DNA of 63,823 nt, filler included, from Octopus bimaculoides (Eukaryota), in assembly GCF_001194135.2 (NCBI RefSeq). It is 4 parts of 4 records of this genome, joined end to end, with 100 filler letters (N's around TTAATTAATTAA, not from the genome) between each part and the next. Parts side by side here need not be neighbours in the genome. Positions count along the whole stretch, not along the records: positions 21,231 to 45,623 come from NC_068988.1; positions 45,724 to 61,001 come from NC_068985.1; 2 more parts are not named here. One strand, given 5' to 3'. This document shows positions 37,694 through 49,497 of this stretch, one piece after another; within the stretch, counting starts at the first letter, position 1, and each line of letters starts with the position of its first letter. Below the pieces are notes generated by a model, which saw only the letters and a program-made list of their open reading frames with translations, was not told the origin of the DNA and searched no databases. The position numbers were made by a program, and so were the translations under genes.

Positions 37694-37850
37694 GGCGCAG
37701 GAGTGGCTGTGTGGTAAGACACTTTCCTCCCTACCACATGGTTACGGGTTCAGTCCCACTGCGTGGCACCTTGGGCAGGTGTCTTCAACTATAGCCTCGG
37801 GTCAACCAAGGCTTTGTGAGTGGATTTGGTAGACGGAAACTGAAAGACCG
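37694..37850 (+). mobile_element. SINE B 5' half
   Basis: Family B consensus. Confidence 0.85.
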
Positions 37851-37852
37851 TT

Positions 37853-37900
<48 letters not shown>

Positions 37901-38014
37901 CAAATATAGGATAAAATCTTTATAAGAATTTTTCAAGTAGTTAGCGTGAAAAAACCTCATAAGTGAAAAATTTATTAATTATTCCCTATAAATATATTTA
38001 TTTATTTATATTAA

Positions 38015-38168
38015 GGGCATTGCTATGCATAAATGCCCCACGCTAGGAGGGACTCTAAAAGTCAAAACTACCATAATATGGTTTACTATGTGTTGATTAT
38101 GTGTTTTTTATAGCAATTTTGAGTTCATGAGTCCTTCCTAGCGTGAGGCATTTATGTATAGTAATGCC
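38015..38168. mobile_element. Palindromic MITE, PIF/Harbinger(Tourist)-like
   Basis: 40-nt TIRs ggcattgctatgcataaatgccccacgctaggagggactc / gagtccttcctagcgtgaggcatttatgtatagtaatgcc (4 mismatches); TAA on both sides. Confidence 0.75.
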
Positions 38169-38282
38169 TAATCACCCTTTAGTCATATACTGCCGCCTTA
38201 AAATCCATAGAAAAACAAATGTAAATGAGAGAAGTTAGTTCTCTACAGCTCCTCTCTCCCTCTCCTTTGCCCTTTTCTCCCC

Positions 38283-38325
<43 letters not shown>

Positions 38326-38603
38326 CTCTGTCGCTGTATATGTACATGCTTATATAGATGTGCATATTTACAACCAGTTTGGGTGTATAAACCATCAATA
38401 TGAAATTTAAATACATTTAAAAAGTAAATGAATTTGACGTCATCCACAGCATTAAATCTCATTCGCTCAATCTGGCAATGATGAAACGAATACTAATTTT
38501 CATAAGAATGATATTTATTACGTTTATGTAAGATTCCTGATGTGAAAACGTGTGTTGAAACAGAATGGACAAAACGGAGCAGGAGCACACACAAGAACGG
38601 AAA

Positions 38604-38648
38604 GTGTCGCTGAAGAGGTCACAGATGTGTGACGAAAGATTCCCGCAT
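38604..38648 (+). ncRNA. Hammerhead-like motif (Penelope-type)
   Basis: gtgtcg-CTGAAGA-g-gtcaca-gatg-tgtgac-GAAA-gattc: perfect 6-bp stem II; stems I and III decayed. Confidence 0.55.
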
Positions 38649-39006
38649 AATGGACATGAATTAAAATAAGAACAGTAATAAACGAGTGAAGAACGAAAAT
38701 TTAGTGTGTGTGTTTATTTGTCAAAATAAAATGACCGTCCCGAAATACAACAATAATATTTATTACCTTAACATAAAATGAAGTAAGACAAATTGCTTGT
38801 ATTTGTGTGTTTGTATGTTCATAAAGCGTCCCTTTACTCATTGCCTGCTACCAAGTTTCGCATATAAAATCGTACTGTGAATAGATAAAACGTACAATAT
38901 ATATTATGATAAGGTTCAAAACGATACGAAAAGCAAAAGACAACGACAGGTGAGGAAACAACAAAGAAGATGTATTAGTTTCACGCTTAAGAAAAATGGA
39001 AGAAGT

Positions 39007-39042
39007 CTTTGACGTTTCGAGCCTCCGATCATCAACAGAAAG
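39007..39042 (-). ncRNA. Degenerate hammerhead-like motif (Penelope-type terminal repeat)
   Basis: Minus strand cttt-CTGTTGA-t-gatc-ggag-gctc-GAAAC-GTC-aaag; stem I cttt/aaag; core A6 replaced by U. Confidence 0.45.
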
Positions 39043-39179
39043 GGATATATAATATAGACTGACTTTATTAACGTTGAATAACGGGAAAATATGACGTAAA
39101 TCTAAGTTTGTGTGCAGAAATGTATGAGAAAACTTATCCACGTCGTATATAAGTATGTTTCACAGTATGTATGTGTGTG

Positions 39180-39520
39180 TCTGTCTGTGCGCGCGCTGGA
39201 CTAAACCCTTGGCGTTTGTCGGGTCTGCTCAGCGAGAGGAGCAGTACACTTGGTAAGCCTAATCTATGTCTTTCTTTTAAACAACGAGTTACATAATTCC
39301 AGGAGAGACATCAAGGGCACAAATCGCTTCAATCTGCGGGACAGACCAGACCCCGCCCCACCGCCACCCTTCCTCGTCTAACTAAATCGAGAAATGCAGA
39401 AAAAATGAACAAAAGCAGGCGGTACCGATGACGTAAGTCGAATTTTAATTCGGTGGAACGGGTGGGAAACCGTTCGAACTAATTCACCTGATCCCTCACG
39501 TCAATAGCTCGTTGTCTATT
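39180..39520. promoter_or_regulatory. CpG-rich promoter-like region with candidate + strand first-exon donor (CACTTG|GTAAGC at 39252/39253)
   Basis: Local CpG enrichment; CRE-like tgacgtaa and tgacgtga; CCAAT on the minus strand; GC box ccccgccc. Confidence 0.4.
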
Positions 39521-39733
39521 GGCATCCATTACTACTACAACTACTACTATTACTGCTGCTGCTAATATTACTACTACCACTACTACAGATAATATTATAT
39601 GTGTTGCTACTGCAAATACTATATATGTGTGTGTGTTTGTATATACAAAAATACATTTGTATATACACATGCATATGTGTGTGTGTGTATATATATAGAC
39701 ATAGATATAGATATATATACATACATACATACA

Positions 39734-39801
<68 letters not shown>

Positions 39802-40217
39802 TTCATATCTTATATAGACTCTCTACTATTGATGTATGACTAATTAAATCACAAAGAGGATAAGATTTTTGTGAAAACATCATATATAATATGTGTGTAG
39901 GGGGGAGGTATGTGTGCATGCGTGCCTATATGTTTGTATGTATTGCAACCAAGAAAGGAAGAAAAACAGAAAGAAAGAAAGAAAAAGGGAAGGGAGAAAG
40001 AAGAGAAATGACGTAAGAAACAAGGGTGTCTATTACCCTAATTAACTAGGTTTTTTTGTATGTTGTTGTTGCTGTTGATATAGGTCCTCTTTCTTCCTCC
40101 TTATCCTCTTCATTTTCATTACCGTATTTTTTCCCTTTTTCCTTTTCTTTCCTTTTCTACTTCTCGATGCTGGAATGTTGTGGTAACGGATGAAGTCAGC
40201 AATTGGTTTCGCCTTAC

Positions 40218-40247
40218 AAAATATCCTCTGTCCTTTCCGCCCGCCAT
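40218..40247 (-). CDS. Candidate first coding exon MAGGKDRGYF with phase-0 donor
   Basis: aagATGGCG start overlapping a YY1 motif (ccgccatctt); 30 nt, then GTAAGG donor. Confidence 0.35.
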
Positions 40248-40257
40248 CTTAATGGCG
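40241..40257. promoter_or_regulatory. Back-to-back YY1-like motifs (CCGCCATCTTAATGGCG)
   Basis: Matches CCGCCATNTT and an inverted ATGGCG core in a CpG-rich patch. Confidence 0.45.
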
Positions 40258-40554
40258 ACGGCGATTGAATAAAATGGACAAGGTCTCTCTCTATCCCCCC
40301 TCTCTCTCCCTCTCCCTCTTTCTCATGTAACACTATATAAACTGTATTATTTTGTTTAGTTTTACATAAAAGTTGTTTATCCAACTTTTACATCTGTTTT
40401 ATGTACGTAATTTTTGTTAATTATCTTTTATTTATATCTAATGGCAAACGCATGAAGACAGATACACAAAGACACTCAAGCACGAACGATGAGCAATCAC
40501 ACATAATGTAATTATACAGCTTGCGGCAGAAAAACCTTCAAGATTTTAAACGGC

Positions 40555-41024
40555 CATCAGTTCGGTGTTTGTAAAGTTCGGCCATTTGTATTGGCATCTA
40601 TGTAAACTTAATGTTTTGCCGTTTTCATTACGGAGACATAAACACACCAACATTGGCTGTCAAGCAATGGTAGGGGACAGAAATACACACACACACACAC
40701 ACACGCACACACATACATGCATACGATGAGCTTCTTTTAGTTTCTGTCTAGGAAATTCATTCACAAAGCCTTGGTTTTTCCCGAGCCTATTGTAGAAGAC
40801 GCGTGACCAAGTTGACACGCTGTAGGATTGATCCAGAAACCATGTGGCTGGCCATCAAACCTTCATCACTCCATCTCCTCCTGCTCCTCTTCTTCCTCCT
40901 GCTCCTCCTCCTCATTATCATCATCATCAGTTCGCTGTTTGTAAAGTTAGGCCATTTGCATAGTTTTGCCGTTTACATTTCGGAGACGTAAATACACCAA
41001 CACCGGTTGTCAAACAGTGGTAGG

Positions 41025-41076
<52 letters not shown>

Positions 41077-41577
41077 NNNNNNNNNNNNNNNNNNNNNNNN
41101 NNNNNNNNNNNNNNNNNNNNNNNNNNNNNNNNNNNNNNNNNNNNNNNNNNNNNNNNNNNNNNNNNNNNNNNCTTCATCACCCCTTTTCATCCTGCTGCCC
41201 CTCCTCCTCCTCCTCATCATCATTACTTTGATCATCATCATCATCATCAGTTCGCTGTTTGTAAAGTTAGGTCATTTGTATTGGCTCGTATATGAACTTT
41301 GCCATTTTCATTACGGAGACATAAACATACTAACACCAGTTGTCAAGCAGTGGTAGGAGGACACACACACACACACACACACACACGATGAGCTTCTTTC
41401 AGTTTCTCTCAATCAAATTCACTCGCAAAGCTTTGGTTTTCCCCAGATAATTGTTGAAGACACTTGACCAAATTGCCAGTGGGACTGAACCCGGAACCAT
41501 GAATCAAACCTTCATCACACTCCTCCTTCTCCTGCATCTCATCATCATCATCACTCTGATCATCATCATCATCACTC

Positions 41578-41617
<40 letters not shown>

Positions 41618-41665
41618 AATCACCATCATCAGTTCGGTATTTGTAAAGTTAGGCCATTTGTATAG
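40555..41665. repeat. Tandem ~350-bp unit x3.3 (unique spacer + SINE B fragment + (CAT/CCT)n)
   Basis: catcagttcg.tgtttgtaaagtt.ggccatttg recurs at ~40555, 40925, 41245 and 41627. Confidence 0.8.
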
Positions 41666-41701
41666 GTATCCATACAAACTAAATGTTTAGTCATTTTCAT
41701 T

Positions 41702-41901
41702 TCAGTTCCATATTTAAGAGATGAGGAATTATTTACATTATTTACATTATTTACAATTGACGGATATTTGTCCTCATCTTGTTTGTTGTTATGTATAACC
41801 TGATATATCCTCCAGCATTTCGGCTGATATACCCTCCAGCCTTCGTCAGTTGCCTTGGGGAAATTTCGAACCTGGGATTTCATTCCTAAGGTATTTTTCG
41901 A

Positions 41902-41966
<65 letters not shown>

Positions 41967-42042
41967 TCATTGCCTGAAATCGAACTCGGTATCTTGAGGT
42001 TAGTAGCCCGAGCTCTTAACCACTAAGCCATATGCCCGTGGG
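41702..42042 (-). mobile_element. tRNA-headed SINE carrying a hammerhead motif (copy 1; stem III disrupted)
   Basis: Head gggcatatggcttagtggttaagagc..gagttcgattt; (AAT)n; CTGACGA-a-ggctg..cagcc-GAAA followed by a partial duplication. Confidence 0.8.
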
Positions 42043-42954
42043 CTCACATATAACTGCATGTCTAGACATACGCATATATATACTTAAATACTAAAAAGTT
42101 TTACATGCATGTATGTATGTATGTATGTCATTGTTCAGTTTTATTTCAAGATTTCTTGCCAATAGAGAAAGAGCCGGTTTCTAACCTAGATTCAAGGTTC
42201 CTTCATTGGAATTTCAACATCAACAACAGGGTATTATGTATGTATGTATGTATGTACGTATGTGCAGATTTGTATGTTTTGCTTTATGTATGCGTTCTCA
42301 TGCATACAGTTGCATATCTAGACATGCTCATATATATTTAAATGATAAGCTTCTGGGAAGTTTTATGCATGTATGTAACGCCGGAATTTATTAGCCATGT
42401 CACTCTTAAATGTAGTTAACTTCGATAGCATCAAGTGTCATGTTTGGCGCTTGCTATCTGCCGGTATCTAACCATATTCTACCACTGCCAACCTTTATGA
42501 TCGCGGTTGGTAATTTTAATGACATCTTTGAAGAAGAAATTAAGTGTTCCTTTAATTTACAACCGATCATTCGATTAATCAACATGTGACTGCTCGCTTG
42601 TTTATTTGTTTAGCCTGATGAGTTGAGAGTTTTATAACATATTACGCAATCTTATTGATGTTAAGTACAATGTATACCTGCCTGTACTATCCTCACGTCA
42701 TAATAAAGATTCTTAATGAAACAATTATTGCAATACCAGATAACCAATTCGTGTATTTGTTATTGTGTGTGTGTGGGTGGAGGTGCGAGTGAATTTAATG
42801 TAAATCTACAGACGTAATACTAGGACCCATCGTCAGTGATATATCCCGGAGTCACTGGCTGTTTCGGCTCATACAACATGCACCTTCATCCAAGCAATCC
42901 AACTTAAATTAATCAACCCTGAGCCTGCATACCAGCGGCATTCAAATCACTTCG

Positions 42955-43235
42955 TTTTCAACCCAAGCCACCTGGACACTTTCTCAACAAACTCTATATT
43001 GTTCTTGATCGTTCTTCTTTTGCTACATTCAGAAATGCACAGATTTCCATTGGTCTTACGCAGAGATACATCCTACAAATTTCGACAGTCAATCTCTTCG
43101 GGTAAAAAAAAACCTTGTTCTTCACCCGTTTCTGCAGCTCTCCACCACCAACTCCTTGCATTTTATTCGTATCCTCTCACGGAACAGTTTACCTCAACAG
43201 GACTATCTGTTTTGTTTCTCGGGAAACCAAGATGG
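42955..43235 (-). mobile_element. HERO/R2-superfamily-like non-LTR retrotransposon C-terminal RLE fragment
   Basis: ILVSRETKQIVLLR*TVP*ED (~DIVL.S...KQ...ELTVPWE), LTVEICR (~VEVGCRG), NIEFVEKVSRWLGLK (~AAEKASRWLWLK). Confidence 0.65.
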
Positions 43236-43948
43236 NNNNNNNNNNNNNNNNNNNNNNNNNNNNNNNNNNNNNNNNNNNNNNNNNNNNNNNNNNNNNNNNN
43301 NNNNNNNNNNNNNNNNNNNNNNNNNNNNNNNNNNNNNNNNNNNNNNNNNNNNNNNNNNNNNNNNNNNNNNNNNNNNNNNNNNNNNNNNNNNNNNNNNNNN
43401 NNNNNNNNNNNNNNNNNNNNNNNNNNNNNNNNNNNNNNNNNNNNNNNNNNNNNNNNNNNNNNNNNNNNNNNNNNNNNNNNNNNNNNNNNNNNNNNNNNNN
43501 NNNNNNNNNNNNNNNNNNNNNNNNNNNNNNNNNNNNNNNNNNNNNNNNNNNNNNNNNNNNNNNNNNNNNNNNNNNNNNNNNNNNNNNNNNNNNNNNNNNN
43601 NNNNNNNNNNNNNNNNNNNNNNNNNNNNNNNNNNNNNNNNNNNNNNNNNNNNNNNNNNNNNNNNNNNNNNNNNNNNNNNNNNNNNNNNNNNNNNNNNNNN
43701 NNNNNNNNNNNNNNNNNNNNNNNNNNNNNNNNNNNNNNNNNNNNNNNNNNNNNNNNNNNNNNNNNNNNNNNNNNNNNNNNNNNNNNNNNNNNNNNNNNNN
43801 NNNNNNNNNNNNNNNNNNNNNNNNNNNNNNNNNNNNNNNNNNNNNNNNNNNNNNNNNNNNNNNNNNNNNNNNNNNNNNNNNNNNNNNNNNNNNNNNNNNN
43901 NNNNNNNNNNNNNNNNNNNNNNNNNNNNNNNNNNNNNNNNNNNNNNNN

Positions 43949-43989
<41 letters not shown>

Positions 43990-43995
<6 letters not shown>

Positions 43996-44250
43996 CCTCT
44001 GAGCAGGTATCACCAAGTTTTGGCAAAATTTGATGCAGATTCTCTGCTCAACTTTCTCTGTGATGGCCAATGCGGCGATCACATGCTACACACCTTCCTT
44101 CCAAGCAGCGCTGTAAACAGAGGAAGTGAGCTAGAACGTGAGAACTTAATGCGCATGCACAGCAGAGATGAAGGTTAATCTGTTCCAAGCAGCTTCACTC
44201 TGCATTGTTACTATGACAACAGCCCGGATACTTATTGATCAGGCCACATA
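43990..44250 (-). mobile_element. Mariner element 5' end
   Basis: TIR TA-tgtggcctgatcaataagtatccgg; transposase N-terminus ITEKVEQRICIKFC/KLGDTCSEAY, cut by (TA)n and a gap. Confidence 0.85.
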
Positions 44251-44677
44251 TAAATCTTTTACAAGTATGATCCAGCAATAGCTGTGTTCCCTCACGTCAT
44301 CAGGTAAGTGGCCGTGAGAGCACTGCTTTGAGTTTTTTGTTCGCCATCCTCAAACTTAAAAGAGTGAGCAAGCCGAAACTTCGACGTCCCAATCAGCCGT
44401 TTCCTACCAATGATAAATAGATATGTATTCGCCGAAAGCAATATATTCTGTAATTCCTCAGTTTTATGTTGATTTTTTTTCTGGGCTTCTGTCCAAAGAG
44501 TAAAAAAATTAAAAAAACAAAAGAAAAAAAAAGAAACAAGTATTACATGCGTGGGTGTTTGTGTGTACATATACAATCACATATATAATGTACGTATGCA
44601 TATGTATGTATTTGTGTGTGTATGTGTGTGTATGAGTGGATGCATGTGTATGTATGTATGTATGTATGTATGCGTGC

Positions 44678-44734
<57 letters not shown>

Positions 44735-45352
44735 CATTCATACATACATACATACACACACACACATATATATATATAAATATATATATATATATGTATT
44801 ATTATATATGTATAAAATGTGTGTGTACATATACCTACATACATCATACATACATATACACACACATATACAATGTACGCATGCATGTATATGAATGTGT
44901 GTGTGTGTATTTGAACGTGTGGGTGAGTGCATGAACCAAAGACAGTGAGAGAGAGAGAGAGAGAGAGAGGGGGGGAGAGAATATGAGAGATAGAGGCCGT
45001 TAATAAACCGCTTTCAATTACTGTTTTAACCAAGCAATCTGCACTGGTAATCGCTCACCTGCCCTACCTTCCCCACCTGCACCTCCTGCCAGAAAGGTCG
45101 CACACCTGTCCGTACAAGAGGAAGAAGTTTATTATTGAAGAGTATGTAACACCTGGAGAATATGTACGAAATTGTGGTGATATTGCTTTTAAACGATATC
45201 CTTTTGTAAACAGAATGTACAGATGGGGGAGTAGGGGCAGAGAGAAAGAATGGGTGAGTGAGACAGATAGACTGCTAGATAGAGAGAGAGAGAGAGACAG
45301 ACAGAGACAGAGAGAGAGAGAGAGAGACAGAGAGAGAGAGAGACAGACAGGC

Positions 45353-45427
<75 letters not shown>

Positions 45428-45559
45428 CAGCTAGACAGAAAGAAAGATAGTTTGAAAGAGAGAAATAGTGAGAGAGAAGGATGTACATGTTTGAGTATCT
45501 CCCACTCTCTCTCTCACTCTCTATTTATACACACACGCACACACAATACAAAACACATA

Positions 45560-45623
<64 letters not shown>

Positions 45624-45723
45624 NNNNNNNNNNNNNNNNNNNNNNNNNNNNNNNNNNNNNNNNNNNNTTAATTAATTAANNNNNNNNNNNNNNNNNNNNN
45701 NNNNNNNNNNNNNNNNNNNNNNN
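45624..45723. other. Artificial scaffold-join marker
   Basis: 44N-TTAATTAATTAA-44N. Confidence 0.9.
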
Positions 45724-46164
45724 ATATATATATAAAGAGAGAGAGAGAGGGGGGGACCAGTCAAGCAGCACATCACGCTGTAAATTCTTGGGCTGAGAAA
45801 TCAACACTTAAAAGCCATGATTTTAAGGAGCGATAAGATAGGGCTCTTAAGGAAGCTTAGAAAATAAATAAGTATGAATTTAAGACAACAACTGAATTCA
45901 ATTGAATTTCATGGAGAGAAACAAGATAAATAATAGAGGGCAAACTAAAGCGCGAAGGTATGAGATGTTTGAGGCCGTAAATAAATAAAAATCTCTATCT
46001 TAACTGCATCTTGGAGACTTCGTCGTAGTATGTCAGCGGAGATAATGGATTGAGATAATTTAGAATGGATTATATTTCCAGATACCGAATTTCTCTTAGT
46101 AAAATACCAAAGCTAGTTCCTTAGATGGTGCATTTTTTGTAAACTTCCTTTAGCTCCTATATAC

Positions 46165-46196
<32 letters not shown>

Positions 46197-46404
46197 AAAG
46201 GTTGCACAGTCAGCCTTTTTGAAGAAGTGGGCTGCATAAGGCATGGCTCATCAGGCAGGCCACATTACTGAGAAAAGGAATTCAAATTTTTTTTTCTGTT
46301 AGGCATGCCATTCAGAAGGTTTTGCAGACTGCCATTTTCCTATTTCTGTACTAAATGATTCTCTAAGTGGAAAATAGATTGCATAAATGATAGAGCACAT
46401 CATC

Positions 46405-46930
46405 ATCATCATTTAATGTCTGTTGTCCATGCTGGCATGGATTGGATGGTTTGACCAGGGCTGGCAAGCTGATGGGGCTGCACCAGACTCCAGTCTGATT
46501 TGGCATAATTTCTGCGGCTGGATGCCCTTCCTAACGCCAACCATTCCAAGAGTGTAATGAGTGCCAGTTATGACACCGGCATCGGCCACATTGCCTCCAT
46601 GAGGCCCAACGCTCAAGTGGTGCTTTTTTTATGTACCACTGGCACAGGTGCCAGTTATGTGAGACCAGCATTGGCCACATTGCCTCTGTGAGGCCCCATA
46701 CTTAAATGGTGCTTTTCACGTGCCACCAGCACATGCGCCATTTACATGATACTAGCATCGACCACATTTCCTCCATGAGGCCCAACGCCCAAATGGTGTT
46801 TTTTACATGCCACCAACATAGGTGCCAGTTACATGATGCCAGCATTGGCCACAATTATGATTTCACTTGGCTTGATAAGTCTTTTCAAGCACAGCATATC
46901 GTCAAAGGTATCAGTCACTAGTCATTACTT
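46405..46930 (-). mobile_element. RTE-tailed SINE/non-autonomous element (family D) with internal ~95-bp tandem repeats
   Basis: ccatgccagcatggacaacagacattaaatgatgatgatg tail; same family at 51170, 53330, 55040 and 58815. Confidence 0.75.
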
Positions 46931-47614
46931 CTGAGAAAAAGAAATATTGGGTGTATCATGTATGATGCAAGAATAAAGACTAATATAAATATATGTTGTA
47001 TATGGAAGATGACAGTTGGGTTAATTATATGCCAAACCATCCATTTGGAAGAATTATGGAAAGAACCGGTGATAGCTGATCTCATGGGGCTGAACATGAA
47101 GGAGATGATGGAAGATTGCAATAACTGGGAAAACACTTCATGAGAGACAGATCTGTTTCAGCTCGGTCAGACATGGAGTGGAGAAGTAATCATAAAAAGA
47201 TAACCATGCGTAGGTTTTGTTTTATTCTTTCACTGGTTTTAGTCAGATGACTTATGTTTTTTTTTTTTAATTTACATTGATTGTTTGTTTGTTTTCTATT
47301 TATTCGTTCAGTCCACAACCAAACAAAAAGAAAGTCACTTCTAACCCAACACCAAAGAAAGAAAATACGAGTACAGAATCTACAGAAAACAATTTACCAC
47401 CTCCTACTTTACCTGCTCAGTCCAATGATACACAGCCTAATAAAGGTGAGAACTTTCAAACAGTACCTAACGTATTTTTGTATTCCCTTGTTTGAACACC
47501 CAAAGCCGATATTGTGTGTGTGCATTTGTCCTCCATCACTGCTTAGCAACCAGTGTTGGTGTGTTTGGGTGCCCCATAACTTAGTGGTTTCACAAAAGAG
47601 AATGATATAATGTG

Positions 47615-47995
47615 TTGGCACTCCGTCGCTTACGATGTCGAGGGTTCCAGTTGATCCGATCAACGGAACAGCCTGCTCGTGAAATTAACGTGCAAGTGGC
47701 TGAGCACTCCACAGACACGTGTACCCTTAACGTAGTTCTCAGGGATATTCAGCGTGACACAGTGTGTGACAAGGCTGACCCTTTGAATTACAGGCACAAC
47801 AGAAACAGGAAGTAAGAGTGAGAGAAAGTTGTGGTGAAAGAGTACAGCAGGGTTCGCCACCATCCCCTGCCGGAGCCTCGTGGAGCTTCAGGTGTTTTCG
47901 CTCAATAAACACTCACAACGCCCTGTCTGGGAATCGAAACTGCAATCCTATGACCGCGAGTCCGCTGCCCTAACTACTGAGCCATTGCGCCTCCA
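47615..47995 (-). mobile_element. Full-length tRNA SINE family C
   Basis: Head ggaggcgcaatggctcagtagttagggcagcggactc..gtttcgattccc; matches 59336-59715. Confidence 0.88.
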
Positions 47996-48524
47996 CGACT
48001 GATATAATACATAACAGGTTTTAAAAAAGTTGAGTACCGTGGTTAATTCATTCAACAAAAATTCCTCATGGCCACTCTTAACTTATTGCTTTAATATCTC
48101 TAAATGTTTTATTTTATTCTTTAGTTTGTTGAATATTTTCCTCCTCATAGTCTGACCCTTAGACCCTTTTATTTTCTTTCTTCTATTTTTTTTTATCTAT
48201 ATATTTTGTATTTTGATTAATTGTATCTTGTCTGTCACTATATCTGTGGTTTTAGTTTTGTCTGCGAAAAACTGAGAATGACACATCATTCTGGGTATAT
48301 GTGACCAAATTGAGTTAATTGGTGAGAGGATCTAATGAAGACCTTATTTAAACAATCACCTGAGGAGGCGCATTCTACACTTTGGTTGTAAAATAATGAT
48401 TGCACAACATCTCACCTATGTATGACAGGTGTATCAATGCATTGAAACAATTGTAGTGATTTTAAATTCCATTGTTAATTCCATTTTCTTTGATTTGACC
48501 ATATATATATATATATATATATAT

Positions 48525-48880
48525 ATAGTGCAGGAGTGGCTGTGTAGTAAGTAGCTTGCTTACCAACCACATGGCTCCAGGTTCAGTCCCGCTGTATGGC
48601 ACCTTGGGCAAATATCTTCTACTGTAGCCTCGGGCAGACCAAAGCCTTGTAAGTGGATTTTGGTAGACGGAAACTGAAAGAAGCCCGTCATATATATGTG
48701 TGTGCTCGTGTGTCTGTGTTTGTACTCCCACCATCACTTGACAACTGATGCTGGTTCAGCAAAAGTGACCAATAGAATAAGTACTAGGCTTACAAAGAAT
48801 AAGTCCTCGAGTCGATTTATTCGAGTAAAGGCAGTGCTCCAGCATGGCTGCAGTCAAATGACTGGAACAAGTAAAAGAAT
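48525..48880 (+). mobile_element. SINE B, full length
   Basis: Family B consensus. Confidence 0.85.
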
Positions 48881-48908
48881 ACATATATGGACAAATCTAA
48901 GAAAATGG

Positions 48909-48984
<76 letters not shown>

Positions 48985-49497
48985 GTATATATGCATACAG
49001 AGAGCATATTTCTTTTCCAACTATGCCTACTTAACCTTAAATAGTTGCATTTTTGTTTACACATTTCATCTAATGTTTTGGAAAGATTAACATTATTTTG
49101 CTACATCAAGAAAACTACACAATTTCACTTTTTTTCTTCAGAATCTGTAAAAATGATTAGTGATATCCTTAAACAAGGACTAAATTCTATTGAGGATGTA
49201 GACTGTTTTATACACTTCTGTTTCATTAGGAATGCTACCAGCTCTTGTTAAATTGAATATCTTTGGAATCTCCATCTAGGATTTCTGATTTTGATAAATA
49301 CATGCTCCTATTTCATTCACAAATAGACTGAGGCTAACATTATAACCTTTAACAACTCTATTTTTATGTGGAAAAAAGAAGAAATGTAGGTATAAAGAAC
49401 CTTCTTATATTTTCTGAAAAGAAAAAGCATATGTTTGAGCTTTTCCCAAAACTAATGGCGTTGAGGTGTTGATGATATTTTTTGCTTTTTATTTCAG

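Noticed and set aside
38531-38566. attc-CTGATGT..GAAAC-agaat hammerhead-like string
   Set aside because: The core is CTGATGT and there is no GUH or stem III
40555-41665. Regularly spaced repeats resembling a CRISPR array
   Set aside because: Eukaryotic tandem duplication with homologous, SINE-derived 'spacers'; no cas genes
42860-42895. Minus-strand GGATGAAGG..GCCGAAAC hammerhead-like string
   Set aside because: The core lacks CUGA, and stems I and III are absent
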